Positions 1 to 10,346 of a DNA stretch of 64,000 nucleotides are shown in pieces. The stretch comes from Myxococcales bacterium. Lineage in GTDB: Bacteria; Myxococcota_A; Polyangia; Polyangiales; DASUME01. The stretch's first letter is position 1. Each line of letters starts with the position of its first letter. Location: NCBI GenBank assembly GCA_047601445.1, contig JASGJH010000001.1:5344001-5408000 (forward strand), written 5' to 3'. The notes beneath the pieces are model-generated. The model saw only the letters and a program-made list of their open reading frames with translations. It was not told the DNA's origin and did no database searches. The position numbers and the translations under genes are program-made.

Positions 1-196
1 GCAGCTGCTTGAGCGCCACGACGCGACCGTTGGCCGCGTCCTCGGCACGCGACACGACACCGATGCCCCCGGCAGCAATCTCCTCGAGCATGCGGTAGCG
101 CCCCGCGAACAACGGCGTCGACGCGGAGTCCTGGTCGTCGGACCCCGCTGGCGCCGCGCGCGGAGGATGGGAGTGAGGTCGCTCCAGGCCGGTCAC
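1..196 (-). CDS. Ser/Thr protein kinase, N-terminal part (runs off window start)
   Basis: Manual translation of minus strand: ...LFAGRYRMLEEIAAGGIGVVSRAEDAANGRVVALKQL = kinase subdomains I-II; GTG start at 196 is tentative. Confidence 0.8.
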   Translation of the reverse strand, partial: MTGLERPHSHPPRAAPAGSDDQDSASTPLFAGRYRMLEEIAAGGIGVVSRAEDAANGRVVALKQL

Positions 197-299
197 GAGT
201 GCAACGAGTGTAAGGTTGGCCGCCTCTCCGAGTCGACCGTTTCCTGCCAGGCGAATTGCTGTCTGACCGTGTGAGGGGGCGTCCCCCATCGCCCGGATT

Positions 300-971
300 T
301 CAGCTGCCCGTCGGGTCGTCTTCGGCCGGAACTTGGTTCGAAAGGGCACACCAAACCGTGGTCGGCGTGCACAGGGTGGTACGCACCGCACCAAACCCGA
401 TGTTGGAGCCGGGAGCGGCCGCCACGGTGTGGTCCTTGACGCGCTGCCCATCGAGCAGGGTCTTGTTCTTGCTGTCGGCGTCCCCCAGCTGCAGCCGTCC
501 CAGTTCGTCGAACTCGAACCAGGCGTGAATTTGGGAGACGCTGCGGTGTTGCAACCAGAGCTCACAGGAGCGCGCCCGCCCGACGCTCAGGCGCCCCGTC
601 TTCACATCCACCATGCTGCGTCGGATCGCCGTCACGAAGCACAGATCGCCACGCACCTCGGAGGACACGTGGGGCGGCACCTTGCGATCGATCGAGGGTT
701 GCCCAGCGCGCCAGCGCGCCGTGACGGCCTCGTACTCGGCGGTGCTACTGTGGGGCGTGGATGGAGCGTCGACTCCGGTCAGCACTGGGCTACGGCTGAG
801 CAGCGATTGCGTCAGCGCGTCGTCGCGCTCGAATAGGCGGACAATCAGGAAGTAGGCGTCGGCATAGTGCTCGAGGAAGGTCTCGAGCGGGACCTGCTCA
901 CAGAAGTTCTGCAAGGTGGGTGGAAGCCAGCGTATCGGGGGCTGAGCTTTGGTCATCGACTCATGGAGCAT
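300..971 (-). CDS. FHA domain protein
   Basis: LSVGRARSCELWLQHRSVSQIHA...DADSKNKTLLDG matches FHA GR/SxxH/N motifs; directly upstream of the kinase on the same strand. Confidence 0.8.
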   Translation of the reverse strand: MLHESMTKAQPPIRWLPPTLQNFCEQVPLETFLEHYADAYFLIVRLFERDDALTQSLLSRSPVLTGVDAPSTPHSSTAEYEAVTARWRAGQPSIDRKVPPHVSSEVRGDLCFVTAIRRSMVDVKTGRLSVGRARSCELWLQHRSVSQIHAWFEFDELGRLQLGDADSKNKTLLDGQRVKDHTVAAAPGSNIGFGAVRTTLCTPTTVWCALSNQVPAEDDPTGS

Positions 972-975
972 CTTA

Positions 976-1689
976 TCACCAACGTCCGCGCAGCGAGAGG
1001 CCGAGCCCTTGGCGGGTCCAACTGAGCACGGGCTTGAGTTCGAGCGCCCGCCTCTCGACGTCGTCGAGGGCGCCCGCAGGCAAGGTGGCCGCTTGAATCG
1101 AGGTCAGCGCCATGCTCCCTAGCAGAGCCCCGGCCCCGGAGAACTCGCGGTCGTACTTGAGCCAGAGCGGCAAGCCGATGCCGAGCCCCACCGCCAGGCC
1201 GCCCGCGTAGGCCGCCCAACCGCGGCCGAACGCCTGCATTTTCGCACTCTCCGCGAGCAGCTCCTCCCCCACGGCGCGCTTCCGCGCCCGCTCTTGCCCC
1301 GTGGTACCAGGCAGCTGGCCCAGACGACCCGCTGCGTTCAGCGCCACCGGCTTGAGCAGGATCATGGAGAGCAGGCTGAGCGCAGAGCCCGAGGCGTTCA
1401 GCAGATGCTCTGCGCGGGCCCCCGGATCCTCGAAAGTCAGGGCCGCCCACGCGAGCTGCCCCACCAGCAAGCTACTTTGGATGGTCATCCAGGTGCGCCG
1501 CCAACGCCGGGTGCGCTCCTGGTCGACCTGCAGAATGCCCTCGATGGCCGCAATGCGTTCAACATCGCTCTCGACGGTCCGCGTCTGCGCGAGCGCCCTG
1601 GCGCTGGCACATGTGGCGCACACGAAGAGGAGCGTCGCGACGATGCGGGATGAGGTCACCCACTCAACGTACCGGACACGATCACGCAT
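976..1689 (-). CDS. Hypothetical exported/membrane protein
   Basis: Signal-like segment IVATLLFVCATCASARALAQ, several hydrophobic helices, C-terminal GLGLSLRGRW; start uncertain (1659/1689/1764). Confidence 0.55.
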   Translation of the reverse strand: MRDRVRYVEWVTSSRIVATLLFVCATCASARALAQTRTVESDVERIAAIEGILQVDQERTRRWRRTWMTIQSSLLVGQLAWAALTFEDPGARAEHLLNASGSALSLLSMILLKPVALNAAGRLGQLPGTTGQERARKRAVGEELLAESAKMQAFGRGWAAYAGGLAVGLGIGLPLWLKYDREFSGAGALLGSMALTSIQAATLPAGALDDVERRALELKPVLSWTRQGLGLSLRGRW

Positions 1690-1738
1690 TGGGAGAGTCC
1701 CGCGCTGCCACGCGCCTGGCGCACGGCGGCGCGACGTC

Positions 1739-3347
1739 TCACGCTGCCGATTGGGGCGGCTCATGCGCGGCGCGCGCGAGGCGCGCCATGCAACGCTCGG
1801 CCAGCGCTGCGATGGTGAGGCTGGGATTCACCCCGATGTTCACCGGCAGCGCCGAGCCATCGACCACGTACAAGCCCGGATAGCCGTGGACCTGATGTTC
1901 GGCATCGATCACACCGTGCTGAGCGTCACGGCCCATGGCGGCGCCCCCCAACACGTGCGCCGTGGTGGAGAGATTGGCCACGCTCTCCGAAGTCATGTTC
2001 TGCGCAACCCCATCGCTGACTTCGGCGAACGCGCGCGCCGCGGCGTTCGCCTCGGGAATGTAGGCCGGCGCACGCGAATGGACCTCGGACTCACTGACCA
2101 GACCGCGCCGATAGCCGGTGAGGATGGAGCGCCCGAGGCGCAGCGAGATTCTGGCTGTCCAGCGACTGCATCACCGTGAGTACGCTGACGCGCTTGTGCC
2201 AGCGGCGCGTGCACAGCGTGCGCAGGGTGCGCCAGGGCGTGAACAGCATGATCAGCAGGACCTTGAGCGCACGCAGCAAGGGGTGGTCGCCCTCCACCAG
2301 GGGCCCCATGTACCACTTCATGAACTCGTAGTTGGCTGGGAAGCGATTCTGCGTGATGTGAGTGTGAGCATTGGCGTAGAAATGCGAGGAGATGGCGGTG
2401 CCGCGACTGAGGTCTTCGTCCCTGCGACGAGCCTCGATGCCGACGATCGCTTCGCTGTTGGTCCGCACGCGCCGCCCCAGGCAGGGCGAGAGTCCAGGCA
2501 GCGTCTGCAGCTCGTCCCGACAACGCAGCAACAGCTCCACGGTTCCGAGCACCCCGCCCGCGAAAAACACGCGCTGGGCACGGAAGACTCGGGCCGGGCG
2601 CTGCGCATCGAGTGGGTCCACGGCTTCGACCTCGTAGCGGTCCCCGAAGGGACGCACGGACACCACCTTCTGGCGCGGTAGCACGCGCGCGCCGAGTCGC
2701 TCGGCCAAATGGAGGTAGTTCTTGTCCAGCGTGTTCTTGGCGTTGCTGGGGCAGCCGGTGAGGCAGCGGCCACACTGCGTGCAGCCCGCGCGTTCGGGCC
2801 CTTTTCCTCGAAAGAACGGGTCCGGCTGCGTCACGCCCGGTCCCGCGAAATAGATGCCGAGCGGAACCGGCCCATAGCTCGTCCCGACGCCCAGCTTCTT
2901 CGCCGTCGCTTCCAGGTAGCGGTCCATGCGCCCGACGTGGGGCGTCAGCGCGCGGCCGAGCATGCGTTGCGCCGTGGCGTAATGAGGCTCGAGCTCACTG
3001 CGCAGGTCGATACCGAGCTGCTTCCACAGAGGCTCCTCGAAGAAAGCCGCCTTGGGTTCGAGCAACACCGCGCCGTAGACCAAGCTTCCGCCGCCCACAC
3101 CGACGCCGCCCACGATGGCCACGTCCTTGAAGACGCGCTGCGTGAAGTAGCCGCTGCAGCCGAGCCGGGGTGCCCAGAACAGCTTGCGCGGAGACTGCAT
3201 GGCCTCTTCGATCTCGGTGCCGGTCACACGGCGTCCCTGCTCGAGGGCCGCCACGCGATAGCCCTGTTCGGCCAGGCGCAGCGTGGCCACACTGCCGCCG
3301 AATCCGGTTCCGATCACGATCGCATCGAACTCGAGAACCTCTGCCAC
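1739..3347 (-). CDS. Cholesterol oxidase-like GMC oxidoreductase (ChoD family), split by a +1 frameshift at ~2149
   Basis: IVIGTGFGGSV FAD motif, CTQCGRCLTGC..NAKNTLDKNYL, C-terminal TAHVLGG...GVNPSLTIAALAER; removing one base at 2149-2150 joins ORFs 2091-3347 and 1739-1996 into one frame. Confidence 0.85.
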
Positions 3348-3540
3348 GTCGTACCGCTTTCGTTGAGAGACTCGCTCCTAACCTCGATCGCAGGGGCCTC
3401 GACCTCAAGCTTCACCGCGTGTCAGGCTCGTGTCCGGCGCTGCCAGGTCGTGGTGGGGACTCGGGGGAGCTTGCGCTGCCAGAAGGCTGACCGCTGGGGA
3501 TCCTGTCTCGGCGCCCATGCTGGTACTAGCCTGCCGTGCG

Positions 3541-3732
3541 ATGCCACTTCGTCTCTATTTGCCCTTGCTCGGATTCCTCGTTCCCACTCTTCTGATCGGC
3601 TACGGCTTCGTGATTCCACGCAGCTGCATCGCCGGCATCAACGAGCTCACGCTCGGCTTTGGTGCGACCGTAGGCAGCGCTGCGCTCACCTACCTCGTGG
3701 GCGTCAAGTTGGCGCTACGCCTGACTCGCTGA
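3541..3732 (+). CDS. Small two-TM membrane protein
   Basis: MPLRLYLPLLGFLVPTLLIGYGFVIPRSCIAGINELTLGF... two hydrophobic segments. Confidence 0.55.
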   Translation: MPLRLYLPLLGFLVPTLLIGYGFVIPRSCIAGINELTLGFGATVGSAALTYLVGVKLALRLTR

Positions 3733-4893
3733 CGTGAGCTCGCAGGCTCCGGCCGAGGGACGCCCCACATAGACATGGGCGGAGTGGCCTCCGCTGTGAT
3801 TCGGGTAGCGCAGCGCGATCGCGTTCTCGAGCGCCGTCACTCGCTCCTCCGGAACCAGCGCGACCACGCAGCCCCCAAAGCCACCGCCAGTCATGCGCGC
3901 CCCGCCGCCCTGCTCGCCCACAACGTCCTGGACAATCTCCACCAGCGCATCGACCGCGGGAACACTGACCTCGAAGTCATCGCGCAGCGACGCGTGGGAG
4001 GCTGCCATCAGCTTCCCCAGAGCCGGGATGTCCGACCGCGCGAGCGCCTTGGCCGCCTCGAGAGCGCGCGCATTCTCATTCACGACGTGACGCGCACGCT
4101 TGAACAGGAGAGGGTCGAGCTTGTCGCGAGCGCGCTCGAGCTCCATGGGGTCGAGTTCACGCAACGAGCTCACCCCCAGTCGCCGCGCCGCATTCTCGCA
4201 CTGTACCCGCCGCACGTTGTATTCGCTGCTGGCCAGATTTCGGGTGATGCGCGAGTCGGCCACCATGATCGCCATGCCGTCAGGCACCCGAGCCAGGGTG
4301 AAATCCAGGCTGCGGCAGTCGATCAGCAGCGCGTACTCACGCTCGCCGCAGGCCGAAACCAGCTGGTCCATGATGCCGGAGCGACAACCCACGAAATCGT
4401 TCTCGGCCGCCTGTCCAATCTGGGCGATCGCGAGGTCCGAGAGTGGCAACTCGAAGACCGCCCGCAACGCCCATCCCAGCGCGACCTCCAGCGCCGCCGA
4501 TGAAGACAGCCCCGCGCCGCGCGGCACGTTGCCGCTCACCACCAAGTCGATGGATCCGAGCGGGTGACCCCGACCGAGCACTTCCTTGACCACGCCGCGA
4601 ACGAAGTTCGACCACGGCTTCGCGCTCGGGCTGATCGGCTCGTCCAGCGAGAAGTGATCTTGCTCGCCGAGGTCGGCCGCGACGACCCGTACTTGGCGCT
4701 GTGATCGCGCCGGACGCGCCGCCGCCACCACCGTATGGAAGTCGAGGGCGCAGGGCAGCACGAAACCGAGGTTGTAGTCCGTGTGCTCCCCGATCAAGTT
4801 CACGCGCCCGGGAGCCCGGAACGAGCGCGGAGAGATTGGCCCGAAATGGGCCGCGAAGGTCTGCCGTGCAACGCTTGCGGGATCCTTCGTCAC
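3715..4893 (-). CDS. galK: Galactokinase
   Basis: [44 protein letters not shown] motifs; overlaps galT stop. Confidence 0.97.
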   Translation of the reverse strand: MTKDPASVARQTFAAHFGPISPRSFRAPGRVNLIGEHTDYNLGFVLPCALDFHTVVAAARPARSQRQVRVVAADLGEQDHFSLDEPISPSAKPWSNFVRGVVKEVLGRGHPLGSIDLVVSGNVPRGAGLSSSAALEVALGWALRAVFELPLSDLAIAQIGQAAENDFVGCRSGIMDQLVSACGEREYALLIDCRSLDFTLARVPDGMAIMVADSRITRNLASSEYNVRRVQCENAARRLGVSSLRELDPMELERARDKLDPLLFKRARHVVNENARALEAAKALARSDIPALGKLMAASHASLRDDFEVSVPAVDALVEIVQDVVGEQGGGARMTGGGFGGCVVALVPEERVTALENAIALRYPNHSGGHSAHVYVGRPSAGACELTSASQA

Positions 4894-5921
4894 AGCTTCT
4901 CCCGGTAGTGGTTCAAGCTGCTCGAGCGCAGCACGGCCGCGGCCTGTTCGGCAGTCATGTCGCGCTGCACCTCGGCCAGCAACTCGTAGCCGACCATGAA
5001 CTTGCGAATGCTGGCCGAGCGTAGGAGCGGAGGGTAGAAATGCGCGTGCAACTGCCAGTGCGACCCTGCGTCCGGGTCATCGGGTGCTCCGTGCCAGCCC
5101 ATCGAATAGGGGAACGGGCAATTGAAGACATTGTCGTAGCGGGTCGCGAGGCGCTTCAACATCAGGGCCAGATCACGGACTTGATCCTCGCTCAGCTGAC
5201 TCAAACGTTGTACCCGTGTGCGAGGCAAGAGCAGAGTCTCGAACGGCCAGGCAGCCCAGAATGGCACGACCGCCACGAAGTGCTCGGTAGCCTCCACGAT
5301 GCGCTCGCCGCGCTCCAGTTCGCGCCGCAGGTAGTCGAGCAGCAACGGGCTGCCGTGCGCAGCAAAGTGGGCCCGCTGACACTCGTCCTCGCGCGCGGCC
5401 AGCTCGGGGAGGAAGCTACTGGCCCAAATCTGCCCATGCGGGTGTGGGCTCGAGCAGCCCATCATCTCCCCCTTGTTCTCGAAGACTTGAACCCAGCGAT
5501 ACGTGCGTGAGAGCTCTCGAAACTCGCGCTGCCAAGTGACGACCAGTTCCCCGATCTGCGCGAGCGAGAGCTCGGGCAATGTTCGAGAGTGGTCACCGGA
5601 GTAGCAGATGACGCGGCTGGTCCCGCGGGCGCTCTGACTCACGAACGTCGGGTCGTCGCTGTGCTCCCAGCTCGGCGTGTGCGGTTCGAGGGCCGGGTGG
5701 TCGTTCTCGAACACGAAGGGTCCGTGGTACTCGGGATTGCGCGCTCCCCCGATGCGCTGATTGCCCGGGCAAAGGTAGCAGGCAGGATCGCGGGGCGAGC
5801 TTGGCGGCACGACGGCCGCAGCCGTCGCTCCTTGCCACGGCCGGCTCGCCCGCTGTGGAGACACGAGGACCCAGCTTCCCTGCAGCGGATTGAAGCGACG
5901 ATGGGGCAGGTCGAAGTGCAT
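4890..5921 (-). CDS. galT: Galactose-1-phosphate uridylyltransferase
   Basis: [47 protein letters not shown] (HPH active site). Confidence 0.97.
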   Translation of the reverse strand: MHFDLPHRRFNPLQGSWVLVSPQRASRPWQGATAAAVVPPSSPRDPACYLCPGNQRIGGARNPEYHGPFVFENDHPALEPHTPSWEHSDDPTFVSQSARGTSRVICYSGDHSRTLPELSLAQIGELVVTWQREFRELSRTYRWVQVFENKGEMMGCSSPHPHGQIWASSFLPELAAREDECQRAHFAAHGSPLLLDYLRRELERGERIVEATEHFVAVVPFWAAWPFETLLLPRTRVQRLSQLSEDQVRDLALMLKRLATRYDNVFNCPFPYSMGWHGAPDDPDAGSHWQLHAHFYPPLLRSASIRKFMVGYELLAEVQRDMTAEQAAAVLRSSSLNHYREKL

Positions 5922-5935
5922 CGAGATCGTTCCGC

Positions 5936-6559
5936 TCAGCGTCCACTCGTGCGCGCGCGCAAACGTGAAAGCGTCTCATGGGGCATGTCGCGCACGACGC
6001 GCTCGGCCATCCACTTGGGAACACTGCCGCCGATGTCGGCATCGACCTGGTAGACCACACGCGTCCGTGCCGGCTCGAGCTGCCGGATCTTGTAGAAGCC
6101 CTCCAGCCGCGGCATACGCACCACGCGCTCCGGTAGCGGGCGCAACTTGGGATTGTCGTTTCGAAAGCTGAGCGTGATGCCACCATCTGCGGCGTGCTCG
6201 AATCGGGTGTCGAGGATCACGTCGCGATCCCAAACGGGCCACGGGGCATCGGTTCGATTGTAGACGATCACATGATCGCCATCGAAGCGCTTGACCGCCT
6301 CGGCAGCCGCGCAACGATGCATCCACTCCGTGTGACCCTCGATCTTCTTGAGTTCGTCCACGATGACCGAGGCAGGAGCGGCGATCACTACCTCGCCTCG
6401 AAAGCCGGGCAAGCCTTGACCTGGTGTGTCACGACGCCAGACCTTGATTCCGTCATCGTCGAGAACGTAGGTCCAGGACGCTGTGGACGACTCCCCGCGC
6501 AACGGAGAGGCGAAGAGCGCGATGCAGAAGAGAGCGATACCCACGCGGAGCTGTTTCAT
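5936..6559 (-). CDS. Secreted START (lipid-binding) domain protein
   Basis: Signal peptide [23 protein letters not shown]...[27 protein letters not shown] typical of bacterial START proteins. Confidence 0.8.
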   Translation of the reverse strand: MKQLRVGIALFCIALFASPLRGESSTASWTYVLDDDGIKVWRRDTPGQGLPGFRGEVVIAAPASVIVDELKKIEGHTEWMHRCAAAEAVKRFDGDHVIVYNRTDAPWPVWDRDVILDTRFEHAADGGITLSFRNDNPKLRPLPERVVRMPRLEGFYKIRQLEPARTRVVYQVDADIGGSVPKWMAERVVRDMPHETLSRLRARTSGR

Positions 6560-6666
6560 GCAGAGCAAGGTACCCGAACGCGCATCGCCCGAGAGGCTCC
6601 CCGGATGACAGCGGATTGTCATCCCTCGGTCCTACCAGCGATGCGCATGCCACGACGAGCGATGCG

Positions 6667-6683
6667 TGGCACACGAAGTGCCA
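6667..6683. promoter_or_regulatory. Palindrome TGGCAC-N5-GTGCCA (possible operator or sigma54-like promoter)
   Basis: Perfect 6-bp inverted repeat about 110 bp upstream of the START-galT-galK run; GG-N10-GC spacing on both strands. Confidence 0.3.
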
Positions 6684-6757
6684 AGCGTGCGTTCGATCGA
6701 CTCGGAAGCCGCAATCCCTATGACTTTCGAAGTCATCTCCCCTCCACTAGAAGAGCG

Positions 6758-7471
6758 TCACTCCGCGATGACCCGCTGCATGCACGTCCACGCGCCCAAC
6801 TGCTCATTGAAGCCGCAGACACGCCAGAAGTCCGGACCGCAGTCTTCGTCCTTGGCACACTGGTCGCGCGGCGTCGTGCAATGCCTCAGGCTGGGCCAGT
6901 TCACTTGGTCTTCGAGGCACGTCTGCCCGTTCGGGCAATCGTCCTCCGTCGTGCAGCCGCCCTTCACGCACGCCGGTCCCTGGCGGTCGTCGGCACACAT
7001 GCAGGCGCTGCCGGTCGGACAGTCACCGTCGACTGCGCACGCATCGTACTGGCACTGGGTGCGCCTGATTTCCTTGTGTTCGCTGCAGGTACCGCCATCC
7101 TCGGCGAAGCAATCTGCGTCCAGTTCGCAGCTGCCGGTGGCGGGGTTGGTCGGGTAGCGACATTGGCCTTCAGCGCTGCCGACGCACAGTCCGTGTGGCT
7201 CCTCCGTGCAGTCCTCACGGCGCGAGCATTCGGTGCCGCCTCCATTCGTGGTGGCGGTAGGTACCAGCAGCCAGTCCGATCCGAACGCAGGTCGTCCGCA
7301 GCGGGCCATGACGATGTCATGATCACGACGCGGTGCACCATCGACCGCCGACTGGGCGGCATCTCGTCCCCCATCGCCACCATCGAGTCCGCCCTGGGTC
7401 GGGAGCGTGCTCTCGCTGCAAGCCAAGGAAAGAAGAGCAGCGCCGAGCGCCGCCAAGAACCGGGAGTGCAT
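6758..7471 (-). CDS. Cys-rich lipoprotein
   Basis: Lipobox LLSLAC; DGG/DAA linker; repeated CxxDxDC motifs (CELDADC, CAVDGDC, CTTEDDC, CAKDEDC). Confidence 0.8.
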   Translation of the reverse strand: MHSRFLAALGAALLSLACSESTLPTQGGLDGGDGGRDAAQSAVDGAPRRDHDIVMARCGRPAFGSDWLLVPTATTNGGGTECSRREDCTEEPHGLCVGSAEGQCRYPTNPATGSCELDADCFAEDGGTCSEHKEIRRTQCQYDACAVDGDCPTGSACMCADDRQGPACVKGGCTTEDDCPNGQTCLEDQVNWPSLRHCTTPRDQCAKDEDCGPDFWRVCGFNEQLGAWTCMQRVIAE

Positions 7472-7555
7472 GGCCGCACCATACGTCAGGGGGTGCGCTC
7501 GCTGGAAGGCCCACCTGGCGCTATCACACCAGCACGGCTCGATGGGCCGCAGCGG

Positions 7556-7993
7556 TTAGCGAGCCGGCTGCTCGCTCCGCCAGATCACCAGACAACTCGT
7601 GTACGCCACGAAGAACCCCGTATGGATCGCCACGTCCCACCAGGGATTGCCGACCATCCACGGGCGATGTGCTTCGAGTAAGCCCTTGAATGCCATGCCC
7701 GCGTGGTGAAGGCCGACCAGCAGCCACAAGCGGCGCGCGTGGTCGCCCATGAGGCCCGCCAGAGCGAGCAGCAAGCCACCGACCAAGAGATAGTATCCGG
7801 AGAGCGTGCTCAGCGCCGACTCGAGCAGCGACGTTCCATCTCCATGTGCCCCTGCTCCTGCCAGATCCACGGCGGTGGAGAAGACCTGGTGCTGGAAGAG
7901 CAGCGCGACGGCGCCGAAGCACAGAGAGATGCATCCATCGACGCGGAGCAGGATGCGCGGGTAGCGGGCGTCGGACGGCGAAGGGCGGGGCAT
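7556..7993 (-). CDS. Hypothetical four-TM membrane protein
   Basis: Four hydrophobic segments; co-oriented with bcp. Confidence 0.6.
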   Translation of the reverse strand: MPRPSPSDARYPRILLRVDGCISLCFGAVALLFQHQVFSTAVDLAGAGAHGDGTSLLESALSTLSGYYLLVGGLLLALAGLMGDHARRLWLLVGLHHAGMAFKGLLEAHRPWMVGNPWWDVAIHTGFFVAYTSCLVIWRSEQPAR

Positions 7994-8019
7994 GGCCGGG
8001 GCGCAGCGTAGCCCGCGGC

Positions 8020-8574
8020 TCAGCGCAAGCCGAGCTCCTTCACGTCCCCGAGCACCTGGTCTGCGTGCACGCCAGGGTCGACGTCTTCGTATACCTTGGC
8101 CACGTGCGCGTTCGAGTCGATCAAGAAGCTGACGCGGGAATCGAAGCCGACGAAGGAGCCCACACCGAAGGCGTCGGACCAGACGTGATCAGGGTCGGAG
8201 ATGAGCGGGAACGGTAGGTCGTGCTCCTTGGCGAAGTCGGCCTGGCGGCGCTTGGGATCGCTCGAGACCCCAATCACGCGCACACCCGCATCGCTATAGC
8301 TCTTCCAGGAGTCGCGAAAGGCGCAGGCTTCCTTGGTGCAGCCGGGTGTGCCCGCGCGCGGGTAGAAGTAGAGCACCGTGGGCCCTTCGGCGCGCAGCTC
8401 GACAGGACGATTCAGTTGATCGGAGCTCTTCAAGTCGGGCACCTGCATGCCCACGGGCAGATAGCCCTTGCCGCCGTCGGGACGCTGTTGGGCGCCGCAA
8501 GCCGTGAACAGCGAAGACAACGAGAAAGCAAACGAGAGCGCAGGAAGGCGCGCGCTGAATGAACGATGGGTCAT
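8020..8574 (-). CDS. bcp: Peroxiredoxin (BCP/PrxQ) with lipoprotein signal
   Basis: LYFYPRAGTPGCTKEACAFRD; N-terminal lipobox LFTAC. Confidence 0.88.
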   Translation of the reverse strand: MTHRSFSARLPALSFAFSLSSLFTACGAQQRPDGGKGYLPVGMQVPDLKSSDQLNRPVELRAEGPTVLYFYPRAGTPGCTKEACAFRDSWKSYSDAGVRVIGVSSDPKRRQADFAKEHDLPFPLISDPDHVWSDAFGVGSFVGFDSRVSFLIDSNAHVAKVYEDVDPGVHADQVLGDVKELGLR

Positions 8575-8697
8575 GGGAACACTCCTGGGCCCGCGGCGCA
8601 TGAGCGCGTCACGCGGTGTTTCCTAGAGGAGGCAGGATTGGTGGCGATGGATTCGCTGCAAAATGAAGTGGGCGCACTTTGTGGCGCGCAGCGGGCA

Positions 8698-9213
8698 TCA
8701 AGACAGCAAGTACTCGCGCGTGAGCTCGCGGGCCCGATGCAAGCGGCTCTTGGTGGCCACGGTAGAGAGACCGATGCGCTCGCTGATCTCCTTGATGGTG
8801 AGCCCGCCGAAGTCCCGCAGGATGATCACCTCGCGATAGTGAGCAGGCAGCGCATCGAACGCGTGGACCAAGTCGAGCCCCGCTTCGTCGTGGGTGCGAT
8901 ACGAAAGCCAGGCATCCACCTTGGCCTCCTCGAACGGGTCATAGCGAAACAACGCGCGTCCCAGACGCCGACATTGACGCTGCACCACCTTGAACAGCCA
9001 CGAGTAGAGGGCCACCGGGGTCTGCAGCAGGTGGATTTTTCGCACCACCACGAGCAACGTCTCTTGAACCGCATCGTCGATCTGGCTGATGGTGCACCAG
9101 CGCTCCGCATAGCGGCGAACGTCGGGCCGGCACAGGCGCAGCAACTGCTCGATGGCCACGGGCTCGCCACGGCGGGCTGCATCGACCAGGGGGAAGTGTT
9201 GAGGGACGAGCAT
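8698..9213 (-). CDS. ECF sigma-70 factor
   Basis: ARRGEPVAIEQL, DDAVQETLL, SWLFKVV (region 2); LPAHYREVIILRDFGGLTIKEISERIGLSTVATKSRLHRAR (region 4). Confidence 0.92.
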   Translation of the reverse strand: MLVPQHFPLVDAARRGEPVAIEQLLRLCRPDVRRYAERWCTISQIDDAVQETLLVVVRKIHLLQTPVALYSWLFKVVQRQCRRLGRALFRYDPFEEAKVDAWLSYRTHDEAGLDLVHAFDALPAHYREVIILRDFGGLTIKEISERIGLSTVATKSRLHRARELTREYLLS

Positions 9214-9400
9214 GCTCTCTCTCCGGTGACCTTAGACTCACGCGCTTAGAGGCCCGCCCACGCGGGTCCACAGTCAAAGAGGCGGACTCTCGCCCATCGG
9301 ATTCGCGGGCCGTTGTCGATTCTTTGTGTTCTCTCCTACCAAAGGCGCGCTCCCTCCTCGGCTCGAGAAGGGAGGACGTTCGAGCGAGAGAACGCGAGAG

Positions 9401-9595
9401 TTAGGCGGCCCGCTCCCGAAGAGCCTTGAGAGCCTCCCGCGACTCCACCAGCGTACTCCCCTGGAAGAAGTTCACACGGCGCTCGAGCACCGCGCGCAGG
9501 CGGTCGGCCAGCGGCATGTCGCAGAACTGTTGGACGCTCAGCGTCCGCGACCCCTCGGGGCTGGAGAGCTCTACACGGTCGAACGGCAAGACCAC
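9401..9595 (-). CDS. Small hypothetical protein (64 aa)
   Basis: Starts 5 nt after the globin stop with a GGAGG RBS; plausible globular composition. Confidence 0.6.
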   Translation of the reverse strand: MVLPFDRVELSSPEGSRTLSVQQFCDMPLADRLRAVLERRVNFFQGSTLVESREALKALRERAA

Positions 9596-9600
9596 GCCTC

Positions 9601-9972
9601 CTACCCTGCGCGGCCCATGACTTGATCGCGCGTGCTCGCAACGATGGCCATCGCTTCACCGGCCAGGTCATCCGGCACCCCGAGCTCCTTCAATGTGGCG
9701 GCGAGATGGCCCGCCACCGCGTCGAAGTGGCGGTCGTTGAGCCCCTTGGCTCGCAGCCCCGCGTGAGCCTCGTTGAGACCACGGTACGTGTACTTCTGGG
9801 GCCCACCGAAGGCCCAGGCCATCAGCGCCACCTGCTTGCGGATCTGCTGGCTCATGTCCAGGCCGGCGAAGAATGGCGCGAGCTCGGGATCGGCCAACAC
9901 CTTTTCGTAGAACAGGGTCGCCGCAGCCAGGATGGCGTCTTCACCGCCGATGCGTTCGTAGACCGTGCTCAC
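9601..9972 (-). CDS. glbN: Group I truncated hemoglobin
   Basis: STVYERIGG..AI......FYEKVLADPELAPFF...DM..Q..KQ..GGP..Y..R.L.EAH..L.....HFDAV. Confidence 0.9.
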   Translation of the reverse strand: MSTVYERIGGEDAILAAATLFYEKVLADPELAPFFAGLDMSQQIRKQVALMAWAFGGPQKYTYRGLNEAHAGLRAKGLNDRHFDAVAGHLAATLKELGVPDDLAGEAMAIVASTRDQVMGRAG

Positions 9973-10346
9973 GTTCCTCCGCGCCTAGTCAAAAAGAACA
10001 CGCTCACCCTACCCCCGAGCGATCGACCTCACAAGCCCATGATTGAGTTGGAATGCAAGATCAGCGGCAGCCCCGATTGAGCCGAGGCAGAAATGTTACG
10101 TGGCGTTTTCCAGGCGTAGATTAAATCCGGGCATACCAAGTGAACGGGGCGAACCCGGCGCTTGAGCGAGGTAAACCGCGTTTCCGGGGCACAGGTCCCG
10201 GACCGTGAGCTCGGGCCCCACGGCCCTGCACCTGACGCATGCGTCTGCCTACCGGTGACGGGGTGAACCAGTCTGCAATCCACTTCGCCCGTGTGCCGCC
10301 ACGCTACCATCGCTGGCTCCTCGGTTGACCGAAAGATCCAGGTGAT

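Noticed and set aside
10040..10062. Possible NsrR/Rrf2 box upstream of the globin
   Set aside because: Weak symmetry and no Rrf2 gene in the window
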